A DNA stretch of 56,153 nucleotides from an uncultured Bacillota bacterium (GCA_937890735.1 CALACZ010000099.1:1-56153), one strand, 5' to 3'. Numbered from the stretch's first letter, positions 25,872 to 35,878 are shown. Numbers and translations are program-made. The notes: generated by a model from the letters alone, not told the origin.

Positions 25872-28800
25872 TTACCTGTTAAAGTATCTGTACAGGAAGG
25901 TGATGATCTGCGCTCTGGTGCAGGGCGCGTCGGGGCTGAACGTCGTGCCGCTCGTGCCGGTGGTGATGCCCTCGGCATATGCCCAGGCGACCGCCTTTTC
26001 GTAGTACGCGCCCGCCGGGACGTCCGTGAACGGATGCACGCCGTCGCTGGACGCATTCGCCAGACGGTACAGGAACGTCACGAACTGACCGCGCGTGACG
26101 GTCGCATCGGGGGCAAAGCGGCCCGCGCCCGCGCCGGTGGTAACGCCTTCCTCCATTGCCCACAGAACTGCCTCATAGAAGTAGTCGCCAGAGGCAACAT
26201 CCGTGAAGTCGGTGCTGAAGGAGTCGGGTTCGGGTTCGCCGCTGGCGCGCCACAGGAACGTCATCGTCTGCCCGCGGCTGCAATCGAGGTTCGGACCGAA
26301 GCGGTCGTTGCCCACGCCGCCGGTGATGCCGTTTTCGGCAGCCCACTGCACAGCGTCGAAGAAGTAATCATCCTCGTAAACGTCGCGGAAGCCGGTCTCG
26401 TCCTCGGGCAGCTCGCCGCGCTTTTTGGCTTCATACTCCTCAGACTGCTTCTTGACCTGATCGCTGTAGCTGTGGCTCACGGGGAACAGCACGATCGAGC
26501 CGGTCAGATCCTCGTAGTTATCATTGAGGGATTTGAGCGTCCAGGCGTAGCTCTTATTCGCCTCAATGACCGTGTCGTCCGCGTCGGTCCACACAAACCT
26601 ATACGAAACATTCTCGTCGTTCACGCCGCGCACGACTGCGGCATTGACGCCAGTTTTCGTAAATTCGCCGAGCGTCGTGCCGGTCTTTGTGACCTTGTCA
26701 AACGTCGGCTCGCCGACGAACTGCGCCTTGTAGATCGTCGCAGTCACGGTCGGGATGGAGGTTGTGTCAAACGTATAGTTCGAAGCATCTCTGCCGCTCC
26801 AGCTCTCCGCCGTGATGGCTACACTCTTGTTCTCGTCCGCATTTATGCTGTCAAAGCGTGCGATGATATTTGCGTAGACCTCATCGCCGGGAACGATATT
26901 GTGGTAAACAACTTCCTCGACCTTTGCATAGGTGTCGCCATCATAGGTCTTGTCGGCGACCTTGATGCTGGAAATGGCAAACGTGCGCGGTGTGATGTCC
27001 GCCGTGGTGGTGGGCTGGGCGGTCAGCTTGTAGTTGCCCGCGTCCGCGCCCTCCAGCTCGAAGCCGCTGAACGTGACGGTCTTGCCCGTGCCGACGTTCT
27101 TATCGGCAAAGCTCGCGTTTATGTCCGAGGAATCGGCGTTCACAATGTCACCATCGACCTTGCCGTTTACCGTATACTCAGCGGGGCTGATATTATATCT
27201 AGCATTGACCGTGCCGTCGTATGCCCTGCTATTCACGGCCGCGCCGCCGATGGTGACCGGCTTCTGCGTGATCTGCGCATTCGCGACCGTGTACTTCGCA
27301 TCATCGAGGAGATAATAGTTGCCGCTATCCGCGCCAGTCAGGATCAGAGTCAGCGTCGCCGTGCGCGAACCGACATCTTTGTCGTCATAGCTGCCGCTGA
27401 CCACGCCTACGAAAACCTTGTCGCCTTCAAAAGCGCCGCCGAGCGTGATCTTGTTCGTATCAACGTCTTTGGTCAGAACCGCCGTCGTGCCGTCATACTC
27501 TTTGTCGTACATAGCGATGCCAGAAACCGCGATGGGCTGCTGGGAGACGGTATAGCTCTTTGAAACAGTGCCAAAATGGGTGTCGCTGGTGTAGGTCGCC
27601 GTCAGGGTCGCACCGCTGGTGCTTGCCTTCTTCGCCTTGACCGTTACGGTATCGGTATCCCCGCGGGAGACGATCTCCAGAATGCTGGGGTCAGACGATG
27701 TCCACGTCCAAGTGCCTTTCGCCTCACCCGGGTTCGCGGCAGTCGCCGTTGCGGTAAACTCTCTGCCGTAGGTCACATTGTTGGTCCCGCCCAAGCTATC
27801 CGAGATCGTAACCTGCGCGTCCTCTTTGTCCTTCGCGGTGACGGTGACGACATAGTCATAGTCAAAATAGTTTGTCGCGTCGAGCACCGGGATCGTGATC
27901 GTGCCCTTGTCGCCGTCTTTCCCCTCGTTGGCGCTGTAGGTCAGCACATAGCGCACATTGGTGAAGTTCACACTGGCAGAGGCAATCAGACCATTATTGG
28001 CAAATCTGGGCGTACCATATCTTGCACCATCCGGCAGATTGGGCAGACTCAGTTCTTTGCCCGACGTGTACTCGCCGCTGCGCACCATGTCGCTGGCTTC
28101 CTTCGTGCCGTTGTATACAATTTTGTTGATCTTAAACGTTTCCGTCACGTTGACAAAGGAGTAGTTGCCGCCCGCAGCCGCCTTCACGGTGACCGAACCG
28201 CCCTCCTCGCCGGCGTTCTTATTATCGCCGTAAGAAACGGTATAATCTGTGCCACGGGTCAGCGTCTTGCCGTCACCCGTAACGGTAACATCCGGGCAGA
28301 GCTGGCTGCCAGTGTAATCCTGCGCTGCGATCGCGCCAATGGCAACATCGCTGATCGACTTGGGATTGATCTTGAAGGTCCATTCCCTCTCGCCGCTATA
28401 GTTGCCGATGCCCTTCAGCTTGAATTTACCGCCGGTTGCGACGTTGATGTTCTCATAGCCGGTGTAATCGACCGTGTAGTCCGTGCCTTCCACCAGCGCA
28501 TACTGCGAGCCGTTGAGATAGTCCTTCGGCGATACAGTCGTCGTAAGCGCGCTGCCGGTGTAAGTCCGCTCCGCTGCATTCGGGAGGAGCGGCGTGATCG
28601 ATTTGGGATTGACGAACACGTTGTACTCACATTTAGGCTGGTTGCTATAGTCCTCATTGCTGAAAGTCACATAGACCTTCTTGCTGTCGCTCACGTTCGT
28701 GACCTGCGGCATGGTGGTGCTATAGGTATTGCCGTCCGTGCTGTACTGGACAGTCCAGCCGCTCGTGCCAAGCCCCGTGACGTCCAGCGCATCATGCGCC

Positions 28801-30257
28801 GTGCCGTCATATACACCGTTGTACGGCTTCAGAGCACTCTTCAGGGTCGCAATAAAGCCGAGGTCTGCATATGCCTTCTCCGTCTTGACAGTCAGCTTTT
28901 CAGACTTCGTGGATGCCTCATGCGTATCGGACGCTGCCGCGCGCACATAAATATCATATTCTCTGTTCGGTTTCAGACCCGAGAAGGTCTTGCCGGTCTG
29001 CCAGTTCTTCTCCTGAACCGCTTCGCCCTTCGGGACGCAGGCAAATTCATAGTTGCCATCAGTATACACGATTGTGATCGATTCAGCAGTCGTTGTGACA
29101 GCGCTGCTCTCAGGCTTGCCCGGAACAGTGTTGTTGAGCGCCTTGCCGATGGTCACGGGGGCACTGGTCACGCTGCCGGTGTTGTTGGAGTTCCAGACCT
29201 CGACCGAAATAGTATGACCAATGTCCGCTTCCTCAGTGGTATAAGTATTGCCGGTCGTATTGCCGGTCGCGTTGGCAATGCCTTTGTCGTCGCGCATCCA
29301 CCGATAGCCCAGCGTGCCCTTGCCCTCAACGCCGTATTCCAGCGCAGAGGTAACCGCCGTCAGCTGCTCGTTATACTTCGGCGTGCCACTAATCGTGACA
29401 GTGCCGCCCAATGCGGCTGCATTTTCGGTTGCGGGGAAAGTTTTAACCAGCCACAGCTTCTCGGCAGTGGTCGCACCCGGCGCGCCCAAAGTGATGATCG
29501 TCCAGCCATCCGTATTGGTCGTCCCGTTCAGAGAAGCGACGTCAAAGGACTCACCGTCCTTCGCCGCGAGGGTCAGGCGCACGGTGTACACCTGATTTGG
29601 CTTGGCGTTGTCGGTAGCCGGCTCACCATCAGTGCCCTTGCCTTCGAGCCAGAGGAACGAATATTGTTCCGTATCCACTGTGTACGGTGCATCGTCCGCA
29701 ACCGTCGCATTGGTCGCCAGAGGCTGACCCTTCACCGGCGCGGTGACCGTTGCAGAAATCGCAGCCGGGTCGGTGATGGGAATTGCGCACGTCGCACCCG
29801 TATCTGTAGCGCCCGCCGTTTCTGTCATATCGTTATCGCCGTTATACATCGTCAAATCTGTAACAGCGAACGCAGCCGATCCATGCGCGCCACTCTTCAC
29901 GGTAAACTCAGCGGTCACAAGCACAAGGTCAGCAGACAGTTTGACCGGGGATGCATTCGACCAAGTGCCGTTGAACCAGCCATTCGTATTGCCGGTTTTC
30001 GCATCTGTGCCCATCTGGTTGCTAAAACCCGAAATATTCGCCCACTCGATCGTATTGAGTTCCAGTTTCGTTTTGTCAAACGAAATTCTGAGTTCCAGTG
30101 AATCAACACTCACGCTATTGGGGACAGTATATGTCATTGTGACTTTGTCACCACTCTTCTGTACCTGAAGAGAGGGTTCAGCCGCAGCGACAGATACAGG
30201 GATGAACGAAAGAATCATTGCCAAAACAAGGATGATTCCTAAGATTCTCTTTTTCAT
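25872..30257 (-). CDS. 1461-aa cell-surface protein: signal peptide, N-terminal cohesin-like domain, Ig/FN3 and YDG-type repeats, three C-terminal SLH domains
   Basis: LELRISFDKTKLEL...LVTAEFTVK (cohesin-like); FSGLKPNREYDIYVRA (FN3); KEYDGTT/RAYDGTV/KTYDGDT repeats; FRDV...AVQWAAENGITGG...FGPN, FTDV...VTRGQ, FTDV...CTRAQ (SLH x3). Confidence 0.85.
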   Translation of the reverse strand: MKKRILGIILVLAMILSFIPVSVAAAEPSLQVQKSGDKVTMTYTVPNSVSVDSLELRISFDKTKLELNTIEWANISGFSNQMGTDAKTGNTNGWFNGTWSNASPVKLSADLVLVTAEFTVKSGAHGSAAFAVTDLTMYNGDNDMTETAGATDTGATCAIPITDPAAISATVTAPVKGQPLATNATVADDAPYTVDTEQYSFLWLEGKGTDGEPATDNAKPNQVYTVRLTLAAKDGESFDVASLNGTTNTDGWTIITLGAPGATTAEKLWLVKTFPATENAAALGGTVTISGTPKYNEQLTAVTSALEYGVEGKGTLGYRWMRDDKGIANATGNTTGNTYTTEEADIGHTISVEVWNSNNTGSVTSAPVTIGKALNNTVPGKPESSAVTTTAESITIVYTDGNYEFACVPKGEAVQEKNWQTGKTFSGLKPNREYDIYVRAAASDTHEASTKSEKLTVKTEKAYADLGFIATLKSALKPYNGVYDGTAHDALDVTGLGTSGWTVQYSTDGNTYSTTMPQVTNVSDSKKVYVTFSNEDYSNQPKCEYNVFVNPKSITPLLPNAAERTYTGSALTTTVSPKDYLNGSQYALVEGTDYTVDYTGYENINVATGGKFKLKGIGNYSGEREWTFKINPKSISDVAIGAIAAQDYTGSQLCPDVTVTGDGKTLTRGTDYTVSYGDNKNAGEEGGSVTVKAAAGGNYSFVNVTETFKINKIVYNGTKEASDMVRSGEYTSGKELSLPNLPDGARYGTPRFANNGLIASASVNFTNVRYVLTYSANEGKDGDKGTITIPVLDATNYFDYDYVVTVTAKDKEDAQVTISDSLGGTNNVTYGREFTATATAANPGEAKGTWTWTSSDPSILEIVSRGDTDTVTVKAKKASTSGATLTATYTSDTHFGTVSKSYTVSQQPIAVSGIAMYDKEYDGTTAVLTKDVDTNKITLGGAFEGDKVFVGVVSGSYDDKDVGSRTATLTLILTGADSGNYYLLDDAKYTVANAQITQKPVTIGGAAVNSRAYDGTVNARYNISPAEYTVNGKVDGDIVNADSSDINASFADKNVGTGKTVTFSGFELEGADAGNYKLTAQPTTTADITPRTFAISSIKVADKTYDGDTYAKVEEVVYHNIVPGDEVYANIIARFDSINADENKSVAITAESWSGRDASNYTFDTTSIPTVTATIYKAQFVGEPTFDKVTKTGTTLGEFTKTGVNAAVVRGVNDENVSYRFVWTDADDTVIEANKSYAWTLKSLNDNYEDLTGSIVLFPVSHSYSDQVKKQSEEYEAKKRGELPEDETGFRDVYEDDYFFDAVQWAAENGITGGVGNDRFGPNLDCSRGQTMTFLWRASGEPEPDSFSTDFTDVASGDYFYEAVLWAMEEGVTTGAGAGRFAPDATVTRGQFVTFLYRLANASSDGVHPFTDVPAGAYYEKAVAWAYAEGITTGTSGTTFSPDAPCTRAQIITFLYRYFNR

Positions 30258-30269
30258 TTGCTCCTCCTA

Positions 30270-31184
30270 TCACTTCATCTCATCGAAGGTGGATTCCAGA
30301 CCTGCTCGATATTTCAGAAGATTGGTTATGTCCCGAACATCGATCTTGTCGTCCTTACTCTTCGGATAAGTAACGTTGGCTGCTTTCTGGCAATCTGATA
30401 CATCCTGAGGGTCTCCGTCGGTAAGCGGAGTGCTGTTGCCAGCGCGATACTTCAAAATCTGCGTAATATCCAGCACGCTGATTTTCCCGTCGAACTTCAC
30501 ATCGCCATACAGCCACAGCTTCTGTTCGCCGAGGGCAACTTCTTCTTCCACGGTGATGGAGATGATCTTCGGAACATATTTGCCGGGTTTGAAGATCGCC
30601 AGCTTGTAGCTGCCTGCCGCGACGGTGTCAAAGCGGAACTCCTGCGCGAACTGCTTGCCGCTGGCAGTGGGTGTGCCCTTCGTGTCGCACGACGTGCCGG
30701 TGAACTCTTCCGTGCTCCACTCCGCCATGATGTCCGCGTCGGTCGTATTGCCCGGATAGAGCATATAAGTCGCGTTATCCGTGCCGTCCCAGCTCAGTGC
30801 CGTCCCGCTCACAGGCACGCCTGCGGCGGTGTAGTCGATCGTGGCGACGGTTTTTGCCTCCGTGTTGGCAACGACCACATAATATGTACCCGTGGTCAGC
30901 TGCTTGGGATAGATCGTGAAATTGCCGCTGCCGGACTTCTGGTCAATGTAGTAGATGTTGCTGTCTGTCGGCGTGGCTTTGTCCTTGAGCAGCATCACGA
31001 GCTGTTCGCCGGAGCTTACGTCATAGCTCAGCGTGAACTGGTCGAGCGTCTCGTTCGCCGTCACGGTGTAGCCGTCCTGACGCGGCGTGATCTTCGCCTC
31101 GGCTTCGTCCGCCGCCATCGCTCCGATGCACAGCAGCGCCAGCACCAGTGCGAGCAGCAGCAGTCGTCTTATGCTCTTTCTCAT
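30270..31184 (-). CDS. Secreted non-catalytic protein with C-terminal dockerin
   Basis: Signal peptide; beta-sandwich segment FRFDTVAAGSYKLAIFKPG; duplicated dockerin motif LYGDVKFDGKISVLDITQILKY / AANV...DDKIDVRDITNLLKY. Confidence 0.82.
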   Translation of the reverse strand: MRKSIRRLLLLALVLALLCIGAMAADEAEAKITPRQDGYTVTANETLDQFTLSYDVSSGEQLVMLLKDKATPTDSNIYYIDQKSGSGNFTIYPKQLTTGTYYVVVANTEAKTVATIDYTAAGVPVSGTALSWDGTDNATYMLYPGNTTDADIMAEWSTEEFTGTSCDTKGTPTASGKQFAQEFRFDTVAAGSYKLAIFKPGKYVPKIISITVEEEVALGEQKLWLYGDVKFDGKISVLDITQILKYRAGNSTPLTDGDPQDVSDCQKAANVTYPKSKDDKIDVRDITNLLKYRAGLESTFDEMK

Positions 31185-32284
31185 GCTTCTTCCTCCCCTG
31201 TATTCTGGTCGAGATAGCGCAGGAGGATCGCAGCCACCTGCGCGCGCGTGGCGGGGGCGGTCGGTGCGATGCGGTCCGCGCCCACGCCGGAGATCACTTC
31301 ATGAAACACCGCCCAATAGACCGCGGGCTTTGCCCAGGCGGCAATGGCGGCGCTGTCGGCAAACTGCGCGTCATAGACGCTTGTGAACAGCGCCTCGCCG
31401 CCCGACTGCCCGCCCGCGTAGCGGAAGAGCATCGCCATCGCCTGCTGGCGCGTGACGCTGCCGTTCGGGCTAAACCGTCCGCCGCCCACGCCGCCGGCGC
31501 AGCCTGTCTCAACTGCCCAGGAGAGTGCCGGGAGATACCACGCGTCCGTCGGGACGTCGGTGAAGCTGGCGGTGGACGCCGCTTCAGGCTTGCCCGCCAT
31601 GTTCCAGAGCATCTGGACGAACTGCGCGCGGCTGACCGCCGCGTTGGGGCGGAACGTCCCGTCCGGGAAGCCGCCCGCAAGACCCGTGCTCGCGGCGCGC
31701 TCGATGGCGCTGTAGCCCCAGAAGCTCGCCGGGACATCGGAGAACGTCGTGGCTGCCGGGGTTTCCGCCGGGGTGGTCGGCGCTGCGGTCGTGCCGGATT
31801 CATTGCTCTCGCCGGTGTTGTCCTTGCCCGCGGCAGTCTCGGTGCGGCAGGAAATTTCGTTGCAGTCGCTGTCGCCAAAGACGATGTCCGTCAGGCGGAA
31901 GTTCGCGTCGCCGCCGGACAAAACGCGGAAGGTGAACGCTGCCACCGTGCCGCCGCCCGTTACCGCCGAGGCGGACGCCGCCACGACCTTGGCGCTGTTT
32001 GCGGAGTAGCTTTCATTCGTTGCCGTCAGCATTCCGCCGAGCACGCTGCCGGTGCTCACGCCCGTGCACTCCACGCGCGCGGCGTCAAAGGCGAGCGTAC
32101 ACTCCAGCGCCGTCATGCCGGGGTTATCGGACAACTCCGCCGTGACGGTGAACGTTTTGCCCACCGCCGGAAGCTCCTCCGGCGCGCTGACGCGCAGCAG
32201 CGGCGAGGTCGCCGCGAGCGCCGCCGGGGCAAATGCCAGCAGCAGCGCAAGCGCCAAAATACCTGCTGTGATCCTCTTTTTCAT
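31181..32284 (-). CDS. Cohesin + three SLH domain anchoring protein
   Basis: Signal peptide; VGKTFTVTAELSDNPGMTALECTLAFDAARVE...GTVAAFTFRV cohesin pattern; Thr/Pro linker; FSDV...GFPDGTFRPNAAVSRAQ and two more SLH repeats. Confidence 0.85.
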   Translation of the reverse strand: MKKRITAGILALALLLAFAPAALAATSPLLRVSAPEELPAVGKTFTVTAELSDNPGMTALECTLAFDAARVECTGVSTGSVLGGMLTATNESYSANSAKVVAASASAVTGGGTVAAFTFRVLSGGDANFRLTDIVFGDSDCNEISCRTETAAGKDNTGESNESGTTAAPTTPAETPAATTFSDVPASFWGYSAIERAASTGLAGGFPDGTFRPNAAVSRAQFVQMLWNMAGKPEAASTASFTDVPTDAWYLPALSWAVETGCAGGVGGGRFSPNGSVTRQQAMAMLFRYAGGQSGGEALFTSVYDAQFADSAAIAAWAKPAVYWAVFHEVISGVGADRIAPTAPATRAQVAAILLRYLDQNTGEEEA

Positions 32285-32328
32285 GCTGCCCTCCTCTCAG
32301 ATGGGCACACCTGTGCCATGTTAGTTTT

Positions 32329-32357
32329 ATTATAACGGGTCGCATTGGAAAATGCAA
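32329..32357 (-). promoter_or_regulatory. sigma-A promoter of the cohesin/dockerin operon
   Basis: Minus strand TTGCAT-N17-TATAAT. Confidence 0.6.
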
Positions 32358-32390
32358 CCGCGATTTTCGATTTTTTCTGCGGTTTTGCGG

Positions 32391-32419
32391 TTGCAATCGG
32401 CGCGCGCAGGCGGTATACT
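32391..32419 (+). promoter_or_regulatory. sigma-A promoter of the metalloprotease gene (divergent)
   Basis: TTGCAA-N17-TATACT. Confidence 0.6.
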
Positions 32420-32467
32420 ACATTATATATCTAATATTTTCCCGCGCAAAGAGAAAGAGAGGGTATT

Positions 32468-34525
32468 ATGAAACGAGTTTCCAAAATTCTGAGCATTGCC
32501 CTGTCCGCCGTGCTGCTGCTCGGCGCGCTGAGTGGGGTCGCCGAGGCGAAGGCATACGACGAGCTCACGCCGTGGTTTTTTAACGAGCTTGACGAGGGCA
32601 ACACCTACACGATCCAGAACGTCGAAAAGCTGCTCGTGGTCAACGACCATATCTGGGATGAGAACCGCGAGGGCAGCTTTACCATCCAGACTGCCGGGAG
32701 CGCGCCGCAGGCGGCGCAGTATGCGCAGGATGAACTGCCGGTCAGCGGGCTGCAATGGAGCGAGATCCAGCCCGATCTGCCCGAGATGATCGGGCGGAAT
32801 GACGCAGCCGCGGCAGAGGGCGGTGACGCGCTCTATTCGCAGTCCGGCGCGGCGTGCGCGGTCAATGATACGCTCACGCTCAAGGGCGCGATCAACGGCG
32901 GCAAACGCGAGCGCGATCTGGACATGGTCTGCCTGTACGTCGGCAAATACTGCACCGTCTGGGGCACGACGTCCGACGTGAAAGCAATTCAGCTCGGCGG
33001 GGAACAGGCGGCGAAGATCGGCACATATTTTGACGAAAAGTACCCGACCATGAAAGCCACCTTCGGCGACGATTTTGAGGACGCCGACGGCGACGGCAAG
33101 GTCGCCATCATGTGCTACGACATCGGCGAGGACTATAAGGAGGGCGAGTCCTTCAGCGGCACATACACCGGCGGCTTCTTCGACATGAAGGACATGATCC
33201 GGCGCGACGAGGACAATGACCCCGTGATCGGCAGCGTGATTTTTGGCGAGAGCACCGCCTATCCTGACAACGGCATGGACTGCATCCGCATTGATACATA
33301 CCCCGTGATGGGCGACACGCCGGATACGCTGATGGCAAACGTCGAGAACTGTTATTCGACGCTCTTCCACGAGTTCCAGCATATGCTGAACTTCTCCTCC
33401 GGGCTGCACAATTTTGAGGCAGACAAAACGGATGATCTGTATTATATGGATACATTCCTGAACGAGGCGTTTTCCATGGCGGCGGAGCATCTGGTCTGCG
33501 GCAGCAATTCGACTGCCAGCCGCATTGATCGCTTCAACGGCAGCGACTACAAGCCCGGCTCGCCGCTCACCACATGGACCGGCTCGCTCGACAATTACGC
33601 CAACAGCTACCTCTTCGGGCAGTATCTGCGCACGCGCTATAAGCAAAGCGGACTTGCCGACGAGGCAGATGGCAGCGATTTTTATCGGACGGTATATGAT
33701 TGGTGCACCGATCCAACTAATCTGAACGGCGAACCTGTTTATGATGAAGAGGGCAATCAGATCCGCTATAACGGCAACGCGATGGACGTCGCCGCCGGTC
33801 TGCTGCAAACAAACGTCTTTTCTCTGACGGTCGATTTCTGGACGGCGGTGTGCCTGAACCAATCCTCCGACGTGTTCGGCTTTGCCGGAGAGGACTGGGC
33901 GAACGCCATCCAGATGAAAACGAGCGGCATCTCGTTCGATACGAGCAACGGCGGCATCGCCAACTCCGGCGCAAAGCTCTACGAGCTGGACGCGGACAGG
34001 ACCTACACCATCACCGCCGCCAAAAACTGCACGCTGGTCCTCATGTCGCGCATGAAGCAGGAAGCGTGCGGCGAGAATATCACCTGGGAGCTTGCGCCCA
34101 ACGGCGTACTGTACATTGAGGGCGACGGCAGCGCCATCACCTCCACCCCGTGGCGGGACCTGCCCGCAGGCACGCAGGTCACCAGCGTCAGTCTCCCCGC
34201 GGGGCTGACGTCCGTCCCCGAAAATGCCTTTGCCGGACTGGATATGCTCGACTATGTTGCCTTCGCCGGAACGGTCGCCGGGTGGCAGGCGATCGACTTC
34301 GGCAGCGGCAACGATGCGGTCACACGCGCCGCCGCAACGTTTGACAAGAATGGGCAGTTTGTGGACTACCGCTTCATCGACATCGGCAGTCTGGATGAAC
34401 CGTCCTACTACGGTGAATACAGCCGTGACGTCGATTTTTCCTTCGGCGGCGCGGACTATTTCCGCGTCATGGCGTTCAATCAGAACGGTCCGATCGACTC
34501 TGCCCGAACATTCTCTCGTCCCTAA
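32468..34525 (+). CDS. Secreted gluzincin metalloprotease (M30/hyicolysin-like) with short BspA-type LRR module
   Basis: Signal peptide; TLFHEFQHMLN...FLNEAFSMAAE (HEXXH + downstream E); CGENITWEL...GVLYIEGDG cap and VTSVSLPAGLTSVPENAF repeat. Confidence 0.75.
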   Translation: MKRVSKILSIALSAVLLLGALSGVAEAKAYDELTPWFFNELDEGNTYTIQNVEKLLVVNDHIWDENREGSFTIQTAGSAPQAAQYAQDELPVSGLQWSEIQPDLPEMIGRNDAAAAEGGDALYSQSGAACAVNDTLTLKGAINGGKRERDLDMVCLYVGKYCTVWGTTSDVKAIQLGGEQAAKIGTYFDEKYPTMKATFGDDFEDADGDGKVAIMCYDIGEDYKEGESFSGTYTGGFFDMKDMIRRDEDNDPVIGSVIFGESTAYPDNGMDCIRIDTYPVMGDTPDTLMANVENCYSTLFHEFQHMLNFSSGLHNFEADKTDDLYYMDTFLNEAFSMAAEHLVCGSNSTASRIDRFNGSDYKPGSPLTTWTGSLDNYANSYLFGQYLRTRYKQSGLADEADGSDFYRTVYDWCTDPTNLNGEPVYDEEGNQIRYNGNAMDVAAGLLQTNVFSLTVDFWTAVCLNQSSDVFGFAGEDWANAIQMKTSGISFDTSNGGIANSGAKLYELDADRTYTITAAKNCTLVLMSRMKQEACGENITWELAPNGVLYIEGDGSAITSTPWRDLPAGTQVTSVSLPAGLTSVPENAFAGLDMLDYVAFAGTVAGWQAIDFGSGNDAVTRAAATFDKNGQFVDYRFIDIGSLDEPSYYGEYSRDVDFSFGGADYFRVMAFNQNGPIDSARTFSRP

Positions 34526-34543
34526 TTTCCAAGGAGGTCTCCC

Positions 34544-35827
34544 ATGGCTGAACGCAGCATCTGTCTTGTCAACGATTCCTTCCCGCCGGTGATCGACGGC
34601 GTATCCAACGCCGTTGTGAACTACGCCTCGATCCTGCACGCGCGCGGCGACCATGTCAGCGTCGTCACGCCCGCCGTGCCGGACGCGGACGATTCGCAGT
34701 TCCCGTTTGAGGTCGTGCGCTATCCCAGCATCGACCTCACGCGCCTCGTCGGCTACCGCGCGGGCTACCCCTTCTCCGCGCAGACGCTCGACCGGCTGGA
34801 GCAGGAGCGGTTTGACCTCATCCACTGCCACTGCCCCATCACGTCCGCGATGCTCTCGCGCTCGCTGCGCGAGCAGATCGGCGCGCCGCTCGTGCTGACC
34901 TATCACACAAAATTCGACATCGACATCGCCAACGCCGTGCGCGGCAAGCTCTTGCAGGACGAAGCAAAGCGCGTGATCGTCGATAACATCTCCGCCTGCG
35001 ACGAGGTCTGGACGGTCAGCCACGGCGCGGGCAAGAATCTGGAATCGCTCGGCTATGAGGGCGCGTGGCGCGTCATGCCGAACGGCGTTGATTTCCCCAA
35101 GGGACGCGTGGACGATGCGCTCATCGCCGAGGTCACAAAGCCCTACGACCTGCCGCAGGACGTGCCGGTGTTCCTGTTCGTCGGGCGCATGATGTGGTAC
35201 AAGGGTCTGCGCATCATCCTCGACGCGCTCGCACAGCTCAAAAAAGCCGGTCAGGACTTTCGCATGATGTTCGTCGGCAGCGGCGGCGACCGCGACGAGG
35301 TCATCGCCTGCTCCCACGAGCTTGGGCTGGACGACTGCGTATTTTTTGACGCGCCGAAGTACGACCGCAACGTCATCCGCGCGTGGTACTGCCGCGCCGA
35401 TCTCTTCCTCTTCCCGTCCACGTTCGACACGAACGGGCTCGTCGTGCGCGAGGCAGCGGCGTGTGCGCTCGGCAGCGTGCTCGTGCGCGAAAGCTGCGCG
35501 GCGGAGGACGTGGAGGACGGCGTGAGCGGATTTTTCATCGACGAAAACGCCGCGTCGCTTGCCGGCAAGCTCACCGAGCTTCTGCGCGCGCCGGAGCAGA
35601 TGCGCCGCGTCGGGCAGACTGCGCAGGACCGCATTTATATCTCGTGGGAGGACTCCGTGGCGAATGCCGCCGCGCGCTACGAAACGGTCATCGCGCAGTA
35701 CCGCGACGGGAACTACCCCGCGCACACGCGCCCCAGCGACAGCGCCTACCGCGCGCTGGCAAGCTATCTTGCCGCCGTGAATCGCCTGCACGGTCACGTC
35801 GAAACGCTTCTCGACCGCTTCCTGTAA
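34544..35827 (+). CDS. GT4 glycosyltransferase (diacylglycerol glucosyltransferase-like)
   Basis: NDSFPPVIDGVS, LIHCHCP, TYHTKF, PNGVDF, FLFVGR...KG, DLFLFPSTFDTNGLVVREAAA. Confidence 0.88.
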   Translation: MAERSICLVNDSFPPVIDGVSNAVVNYASILHARGDHVSVVTPAVPDADDSQFPFEVVRYPSIDLTRLVGYRAGYPFSAQTLDRLEQERFDLIHCHCPITSAMLSRSLREQIGAPLVLTYHTKFDIDIANAVRGKLLQDEAKRVIVDNISACDEVWTVSHGAGKNLESLGYEGAWRVMPNGVDFPKGRVDDALIAEVTKPYDLPQDVPVFLFVGRMMWYKGLRIILDALAQLKKAGQDFRMMFVGSGGDRDEVIACSHELGLDDCVFFDAPKYDRNVIRAWYCRADLFLFPSTFDTNGLVVREAAACALGSVLVRESCAAEDVEDGVSGFFIDENAASLAGKLTELLRAPEQMRRVGQTAQDRIYISWEDSVANAAARYETVIAQYRDGNYPAHTRPSDSAYRALASYLAAVNRLHGHVETLLDRFL

Positions 35828-35843
35828 GATCGCAAACAGCGCC

Positions 35844-35878
35844 AAAACCGGCGGATGCAGAACATCCGCCGGTTTTTT
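35844..35878 (+). terminator. Intrinsic terminator
   Basis: AAAACCGGCGGATG-loop-CATCCGCCGGTTTTTT. Confidence 0.85.

Noticed and set aside
25872..32284. Classical cellulosome scaffoldin
   Set aside because: Only one cohesin per protein and no recognisable CBM3 or glycoside hydrolase in the locus.
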